Positions 58,662 to 64,000 of a stretch of 64,000 bases of DNA are shown here, piece by piece. Source of the DNA: an uncultured Spirochaetota bacterium (GTDB taxonomy: Bacteria > Spirochaetota > Spirochaetia > SZUA-6 > Fen-1364); the NCBI GenBank assembly GCA_963845535.1, contig CAWJSK010000004.1, forward strand, positions 96,001 to 160,000, read 5' to 3'. Position numbers and translations under genes: made by a program. The notes beneath the pieces were generated by a model. It worked only from the letters and a program-made list of their open reading frames with translations, was not told where the DNA came from and did not search any database. How positions within the stretch are numbered: position 1 is the stretch's first letter; the number at the start of each line of letters is the position of its first letter.

Positions 58662-58922
58662 GCCCTCGTATTCGAGCTTGAGAACGAGGTGGTCGAGCTT
58701 GTCCAGCTTCACGGTCTTCGCCTTGGTGCGGATGCTTTCCAGGGTGGGCAGGACCGTCTCCGTATACCTTCGTACGGCTTCTCGGGCCTTCTCCACAACG
58801 CGTTCCCCGTTGGCCTCGTTCACGTAGTTGATGATCAGCTTCTTGCTCGTCGTGGTGAGCTCGGACTTGTTCAAGTACTCGATGACGGCGAACACGGCAA
58901 GGAGAAAGCTCATTTCGCTCAT
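58635..58922 (-). CDS. hypothetical protein
   Basis: 95-aa ORF with coding-like composition and AAAGG upstream. Confidence 0.6.
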   Translation of the reverse strand: MSEMSFLLAVFAVIEYLNKSELTTTSKKLIINYVNEANGERVVEKAREAVRRYTETVLPTLESIRTKAKTVKLDKLDHLVLKLEYEGSRLPQASG

Positions 58923-59039
58923 GGGAGTCCGCCTTTCCGTCCCGGGTCCCTCATCCTAAGCTCGCTCACCACGGGCTGTCAACAAACGCGCCGGGGCTTC
59001 ACGCCGAACGCCGCGCCGGGCGGTAAGGGTTTTTCTTGC

Positions 59040-59068
59040 TTGACTTGGCAGACCGGATCGAGTATGCT
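59040..59068 (+). promoter_or_regulatory. sigma70 promoter TTGACT-17-TATGCT
   Basis: Near-consensus hexamers with 17-nt spacer and a T-rich upstream tract. Confidence 0.65.
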
Positions 59069-59435
59069 GGTCAACGTATTCCGGTCGCTCGTGGGTGAGG
59101 TTTCGTTGAAACAGGACTGACATGCGGAGGAATACCGCGTTCTTGAGGACAGGCGCGCGCAGGAATGACAGGGCACAGGCCGGACCGCAACGTGCGCCGC
59201 GTGTGCCGCCCAGGGGTGGATCCGGAAGAAGCTCGAGTGATCGAATTACTTCCTCATAGAGAATTCATTGAACACCGAATCAATCCTTTCTCCCCCGTTT
59301 CAAAGACCCGTGAAAGTCATGCAGCGCGTCCCGTATCACCAGGACTAGTAGGAGCGTATTGAGCTTGTCGTTGGCAGGCTCCGGGGCATTGGAACGGCGG
59401 GAGAGAAAGCCCGCCGCAGGAAAAGGGGGTTCGAC

Positions 59436-59744
59436 ATGGCAAAAAAGATCTATGTCGGCAACATGAACTATAACACCAGCGAAGATACGCTGCGGCAGCT
59501 CTTCGCCCAGTACGGTGAGGTCGTGTCTGTCAACGTGATCACGGACAGGTACACGGGGCGCGCCAAGGGCTTCGGCTTCGTGGAGATGGCGTCAGAGGAT
59601 GCCGCTCGGTCCGCCATGACGGCGTTGAACGGCAAGGAAGTGGATGGCCGCCAGCTGAAGGTCAACGAGGCCAACGACAAGCCCCGTGACAACAACAGGA
59701 GCGGTGGCGGAGGAGGCGGAGGAAGCCGCAGCCGCTACTACTAG
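59436..59744 (+). CDS. RRM-domain RNA-binding protein with Gly-rich tail
   Basis: RNP2 IYVGNM, RNP1 KGFGFVEM. Confidence 0.95.
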   Translation: MAKKIYVGNMNYNTSEDTLRQLFAQYGEVVSVNVITDRYTGRAKGFGFVEMASEDAARSAMTALNGKEVDGRQLKVNEANDKPRDNNRSGGGGGGGSRSRYY

Positions 59745-59752
59745 GCGATCTC

Positions 59753-59788
59753 GGAGATACCGCCGGGAATACCCTCGGCGGGATCTCC
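59753..59788 (+). terminator. stem-loop after the RRM gene
   Basis: GGAGAT-A-CCGCCG...CGGCGG-G-ATCTCC followed by TTCGTT. Confidence 0.5.
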
Positions 59789-59869
59789 TTCGTTGCTCGG
59801 CCTCTTGCAGAGAATCATTCCTCTGTGCCCTGCCTCCCGCGCGGTACGGCACGGAGAAGGGAGGACCAC

Positions 59870-60121
59870 GTGGGAAGATCGCCATACCAGAGTGAAAAAC
59901 GCCGTAAAGAGCTTGCCCGCCTGAAGAAGCAGGAAGAAAAAAGGCAGCGTCGCTTCAACAAAAAGAACGAAGGTGAGAAAGGCCCCGAAGACCAGGAAGG
60001 AACCGTTCCCGAGGGGTCGAACCCCGCTGAGCCGACCTCTGAGCAGGCCGCGCCTGCACCTCAGGACAACCCGCAGACGCAGCCGCCCCCCGGCGGTGAA
60101 GAGTCTGGGCAGACTTCCTGA
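59870..60121 (+). CDS. small protein with basic helical N-terminus and disordered acidic tail
   Basis: GGGAGG RBS, GTG start, GRSPYQSEKRRKELARLKKQEEKRQRR. Confidence 0.7.
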   Translation: MGRSPYQSEKRRKELARLKKQEEKRQRRFNKKNEGEKGPEDQEGTVPEGSNPAEPTSEQAAPAPQDNPQTQPPPGGEESGQTS

Positions 60122-60164
60122 GCGCGTGGAGGCGGCAGCGCGGCTGCGCCTCCGTTTTTCTCCC

Positions 60165-61922
60165 TCACGCCTGTGAGGAGCGCTTCTCAATCCTTGCCCA
60201 TGTGTCTTTCAAGGAAACGGTCCGATTGAAAATGAGCTTTTCTCCGCTCGTGTCCGGATCCACGCAGAAATAGCCAAGCCTTTCGAATTGGAACCTGTCT
60301 CCCGGCCGCGCGCCGCCCAACCCTGGTTCCACGCGGATCCCGGGGACATCTTCAAGGGACGCCGGGTTGATCGTTTCCTTCCAATCCATGCCGGCCGGCA
60401 CCGCCTGCGGAAACTCGGCAAGGAAAAGATGGTCGTAGAGCCTGGCCTCCGCGGTCAGCGCGTGCGCCGCTGAAACCCAATGAATGGTGGCTTTCACCCT
60501 TCGATTGTCAGGCGCGTTGCCGCCCCGCGTCGAAGGGTCATAGGTGCACCTGACCTCCTCCACGGCTCCCGTGGTCGGGTTCTTCTTCACTCCGGTGCAC
60601 GTCACGATGTATCCGTAGCGCAGCCGAACCTGCTGTCCGGGGGAAAGCCGGTAGTATTTGGGGGGCGGCACTTCCCGAAAGTCATCCTGCTCTATGAACA
60701 ACTCGCCGGAGAACGGCACGGTGCGCGTCCCGGCCGCGGGATCCTCGGGGTTGTTCACCGCTTCAAGCTGCTCGATCTTTCCTTCCGGCCAGTTCTCGAT
60801 CACGAGCTTCAAGGGCCTGAGCACGGCCATGGCGCGCGTGCACCTCCTGTTCAGGTCTTCGCGAAGGCAGTGCTCCAGCAGCGCGATGTCCACCGTGCTG
60901 TCCGCCTTGGAGACGCCGATGCGCGAGGCGAAGTCCCGAAGCGCCTCCGGGGTATAGCCCCGTCTTCGCAGGCCGACAATGGTGGGCATGCGCGGATCAT
61001 CCCAGCCGCTGACGCGCTCTTCCTTCACGAGCTCGAGCAACCATCGTTTGCTGAGCACCGTGTGCGTGAGGTTCAGCCGGGCGAACTCGATCTCCCGGCT
61101 GTGGAACACGCCAAGCTGCTCCAGGAACCAGTCATACAGGGGCCTGTGGATTTCGTACTCGAGGCTGCACAGGGAATGCGTCACGCCCTCGATGGAGTCA
61201 GAGAGGGGATGCTGGAAGTCGTACATGGGGTAGATACACCACGCGTCCCCCGTCCTGTGGTGCGAGGCATGGCGGATGCGGTACATGACCGGGTCGCGCA
61301 TGTGCAGGTTGGGATGAGCCATGTCGATCTTGGCCCGCAGCGTCCGCGCGCCGTCCGGGAACTCACCGGCCTTCATGCGGCGGAAGAGATCAAGGCTTTC
61401 CTGCGGCGCGCGAACTCGAAACGGGCTGTCACGGCCGGGAGGTGTGACAGTGATCGGCCCCTTGTCCCCGACGTCCGTGCCCCGATATTCACGGATGGCT
61501 TTCTCGTCCAGGTCATCCACGTACGCCTTGCCGGCCTGGATGAGCTGCTCGGCCCACTGGTAGAGCTGCTCGAAATAATCGGAGGCGTAGAACTCCCGGT
61601 CCTCCCAATCGAATCCCATCCAATTCACGTCCCGCTTGATTGCGTCGACGTACTCCTGCTCTTCCTTGGTGGGGTTGGTGTCATCGAAGCGCAGGTTGCA
61701 CTTACCGCCGAACTGCTCGGCAATGCCGAAGGAGATGCACATGGCCTTGGCATGGCCGATGTGGAGGTAGCCGTTGGGCTCCGGTGGGAACCTCGTCTGC
61801 ACGCTGGTGAATCGCCCGCTCTTCAGGTCTTCCTCGACGAAGTCCCGAATGAAGTCCGAGGGCGACGGTCCTGGCGCAGAGCCTCGGGCGGAGGCAGGAA
61901 CGGGGGCTGACGGGTCTGGCAT
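60165..61922 (-). CDS. glnS: glutaminyl-tRNA synthetase
   Basis: [44 protein letters not shown]. Confidence 0.96.
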   Translation of the reverse strand: MPDPSAPVPASARGSAPGPSPSDFIRDFVEEDLKSGRFTSVQTRFPPEPNGYLHIGHAKAMCISFGIAEQFGGKCNLRFDDTNPTKEEQEYVDAIKRDVNWMGFDWEDREFYASDYFEQLYQWAEQLIQAGKAYVDDLDEKAIREYRGTDVGDKGPITVTPPGRDSPFRVRAPQESLDLFRRMKAGEFPDGARTLRAKIDMAHPNLHMRDPVMYRIRHASHHRTGDAWCIYPMYDFQHPLSDSIEGVTHSLCSLEYEIHRPLYDWFLEQLGVFHSREIEFARLNLTHTVLSKRWLLELVKEERVSGWDDPRMPTIVGLRRRGYTPEALRDFASRIGVSKADSTVDIALLEHCLREDLNRRCTRAMAVLRPLKLVIENWPEGKIEQLEAVNNPEDPAAGTRTVPFSGELFIEQDDFREVPPPKYYRLSPGQQVRLRYGYIVTCTGVKKNPTTGAVEEVRCTYDPSTRGGNAPDNRRVKATIHWVSAAHALTAEARLYDHLFLAEFPQAVPAGMDWKETINPASLEDVPGIRVEPGLGGARPGDRFQFERLGYFCVDPDTSGEKLIFNRTVSLKDTWARIEKRSSQA

Positions 61923-62060
61923 GGAGTGCTCCTTCCGCCGCGCTTCAGGGGCGCGGTTTCAATACTGATAGCGGCGCTGCCGGAAGGTGTCAAGTGCCGG
62001 CGGCCTCTGCGGCGCGCTGGCGAGGGGCGGTCCCCGGGGCCCGGCGAACGCGCGTCAGCC

Positions 62061-62705
62061 TCAGGCAGCGGGAAGCGCTGCCTCCACGGATCGTGTTTGC
62101 CGCCATGGGTGCGGCTCCTCGTCGGCCCGGCGCTTGCCCGGCGACGGGACCCGACGGTACATGAGGAGGAAAAGGCCGTAGACAATGGCCGTCTGGAGCG
62201 CTCCTATCACGGCGATCTGAAGCGGGTCCCTGAGCACGGACATTGCCACAATGCTCACCCCCGCGCCCGCTCCTGAGCCCAGAGCGTCCGCCATTGCGTA
62301 GCGCCGGTCGAAGCTTGCCCGGCTGGCCCGGTACCTCTTCTCTTTGATCTTCTGCAGGAGAAACACGACGGATGTCGAGAACACCCCGATGATGGCCATC
62401 GAGACGAGGTAATAGACGGCAAGATCGAAAGCCGCCACGAGCGCGGCGGCGCACCCGGCAACCAGCTCGAACACCATGACCCAGGGAAGAACGGCGTACA
62501 TCCGCTTGAACAGGCGCTGGTTGCCCAGAACGGCGCCGATCAAAACGGGGAATCCCGACGACATGAAGGAGCCGACGGCTATGACACGCGGGTCCAGGCG
62601 CGAAAGGATGACGCTGATGTACAAGGGGTTGAGAAACCCGTAGAAGAAGCTGCTGATGAAACCGCTCAGGACAAAGACATCGAGGACTGTCTTGTTTTTT
62701 CTCAT
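62061..62705 (-). CDS. hypothetical membrane protein (about six TM, half-MFS-like)
   Basis: Hydrophobic ORF, GGAGG RBS before ATG 62705. Confidence 0.65.
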   Translation of the reverse strand: MRKNKTVLDVFVLSGFISSFFYGFLNPLYISVILSRLDPRVIAVGSFMSSGFPVLIGAVLGNQRLFKRMYAVLPWVMVFELVAGCAAALVAAFDLAVYYLVSMAIIGVFSTSVVFLLQKIKEKRYRASRASFDRRYAMADALGSGAGAGVSIVAMSVLRDPLQIAVIGALQTAIVYGLFLLMYRRVPSPGKRRADEEPHPWRQTRSVEAALPAA

Positions 62706-62899
62706 GCTTCCACCTCCCGTGGCGCGCATCGAAACCGCGCGGGAGATGGACCAGGGGCATCCCCCGTGCGCTAGGTCAACCTACCCCCAGGGTCGTCGGC
62801 GTGTTGCATCATGTCCTCCAGAGCGCACAGAGTCAGGGTGACAAAAAAAAGGCTTTCATCACCTCATGAACAAAAGGATAGCTCAGGAAATTGGCTCCG

Positions 62900-63616
62900 T
62901 CAAATGGGGGCCGGCGCCTGCTCCAGAAGAGCGGTCAGCTCATGCCACTGTGAGATTGCCGCATACTCCGTGACGCTGGAGGGAACCGGCGCATGGGCGT
63001 TGTAGGCAACCGGAAAGAGACCTGCCCGCTGGGCGCCAATGATGTCGTAGCCGACGTTATCGCCGGCAAACCAGCTTTTCTCCGCGGAGACACCCATCCT
63101 CCGAAGCGCCGCCTCGAAGATCAGGGCGTCGGGCTTCCTGATCCCGTAATCGGCGCTGGAGACGACAAACTCGAAATACCGGCGGATGTCCTGGCGTTCA
63201 AGCTCTCTTTCGATCGTCGCGGCGCCAAATGAAGAATTGGAAATAACGCAGCTCCTGATGCCGCGCGCTCGGAGATGGTCCAGCATTTCAACGACACCAG
63301 GACGCAACGCAACCGTCAGGGAAGCGTCCCAGAACTCCCACTCCAGCTCGGCAGGCGGCAGACGGAACTGCAGGCCAAAGGAGTCGGAGAAGATCCGAAA
63401 CAGGGCGCCCTGCGTGAACTCCAGGGCTGACTCCTCCTCACGCGGTATGGTTGCGGTCACGAGCCTGCGCCCAAGGTCCTGGAGCTCCTCCAGCGTTGCA
63501 CCGCGCGGGTTCTCCGCCGACGCCAGGAGCGCGGTGTTGCCCAGCGCGGGGTCGAACGATACGGAGTCGATGAGTGTCCCCCAGAGGTCGAAAAGAATCG
63601 CCTCAGGCCTGCGCAT
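62900..63616 (-). CDS. HAD-family hydrolase
   Basis: LFDLWGTL, ISNS, RKPD, AGDNVGYD; AAGGAGG RBS. Confidence 0.88.
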   Translation of the reverse strand: MRRPEAILFDLWGTLIDSVSFDPALGNTALLASAENPRGATLEELQDLGRRLVTATIPREEESALEFTQGALFRIFSDSFGLQFRLPPAELEWEFWDASLTVALRPGVVEMLDHLRARGIRSCVISNSSFGAATIERELERQDIRRYFEFVVSSADYGIRKPDALIFEAALRRMGVSAEKSWFAGDNVGYDIIGAQRAGLFPVAYNAHAPVPSSVTEYAAISQWHELTALLEQAPAPI

Positions 63617-63696
63617 TCGCGGATGCCTCCTTGATTCTGCGGACCAAATATACGCCTTGCAGGCATCGATGGGTATCACATATGATGCAGGCCGTT

Positions 63697-63999
63697 ATGG
63701 CAGAACCAAAAAGCTACCTCATCGACATGGACGGGGTCCTGGTGCGGGGCGCTTCACCAATCCCCGGCGCGGATGAGTTCCTCAGGCGGCTTTCCGCGCG
63801 CGGCGCGCGGCATCTCGTTCTCACGAACAACCCCAAGTACACGCAGGAGGACCTGGCGTATCGGCTGAACAGCATAGGGCTTGGCCTTGCGCCGAAGTGC
63901 ATTTTCACCTCCGCCATGGCGACGGTGAGCTTCCTCAAATCGCAGAAGAGCAGCGGCAAGGTTTTCGTGATCGGAGAGAGCGGGCTCACGGGACCCCTC
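63697..63999 (+). CDS. HAD-IIA (NagD-like) hydrolase, 3' end runs off the window
   Basis: Manual translation MAEPKSYLIDMDGVLVRG...LTNNP...IFTSAMAT...VIGESGL. Confidence 0.85.
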   Translation, partial: MAEPKSYLIDMDGVLVRGASPIPGADEFLRRLSARGARHLVLTNNPKYTQEDLAYRLNSIGLGLAPKCIFTSAMATVSFLKSQKSSGKVFVIGESGLTGPL

Positions 64000-64000
64000 C

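Overview
A GC-rich (~60-65% by eye) bacterial chromosomal segment, probably from a Spirochaetia member; the taxon is inferred from the 'MIFANG' signal peptide and spirochaete-type hypothetical genes. I found no rRNA, tRNA, CRISPR array or mobile element. It carries housekeeping genes (trpS, glnS, mobA, patB, wrbA), three ABC importers, signalling proteins and redox/metal-stress loci. The main candidate for an undescribed system is a minus-strand operon at 7.9-11.9 kb: sigma70 promoter and operator, MarR, an ArsM-like methyltransferase, an unannotated 31-aa Cys-rich peptide (MKSLIRPKKAAKAGVAQCCAKISTVVAGCHD) followed by a strong hairpin, a radical SAM/SPASM maturase with an RRE-like N-terminus, and a thioredoxin-thioredoxin reductase fusion. 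This looks like a RiPP pathway, possibly linked to arsenic or thiol chemistry. The second is a soluble histidine kinase whose input is a sugar-ABC ATPase domain, paired with a sigma54 activator and facing a near-consensus sigma54 promoter that drives a xylFGH-like transporter. Other points are an FNR box controlling a P1B-4 ATPase operon, a DnaJ protein with MshEN-like repeats, a non-pyrrolysine MttB homologue beside a Mo-enzyme, and five frameshifts in four genes that look like sequencing indels. All calls come from reading motifs by eye; no searches were run.
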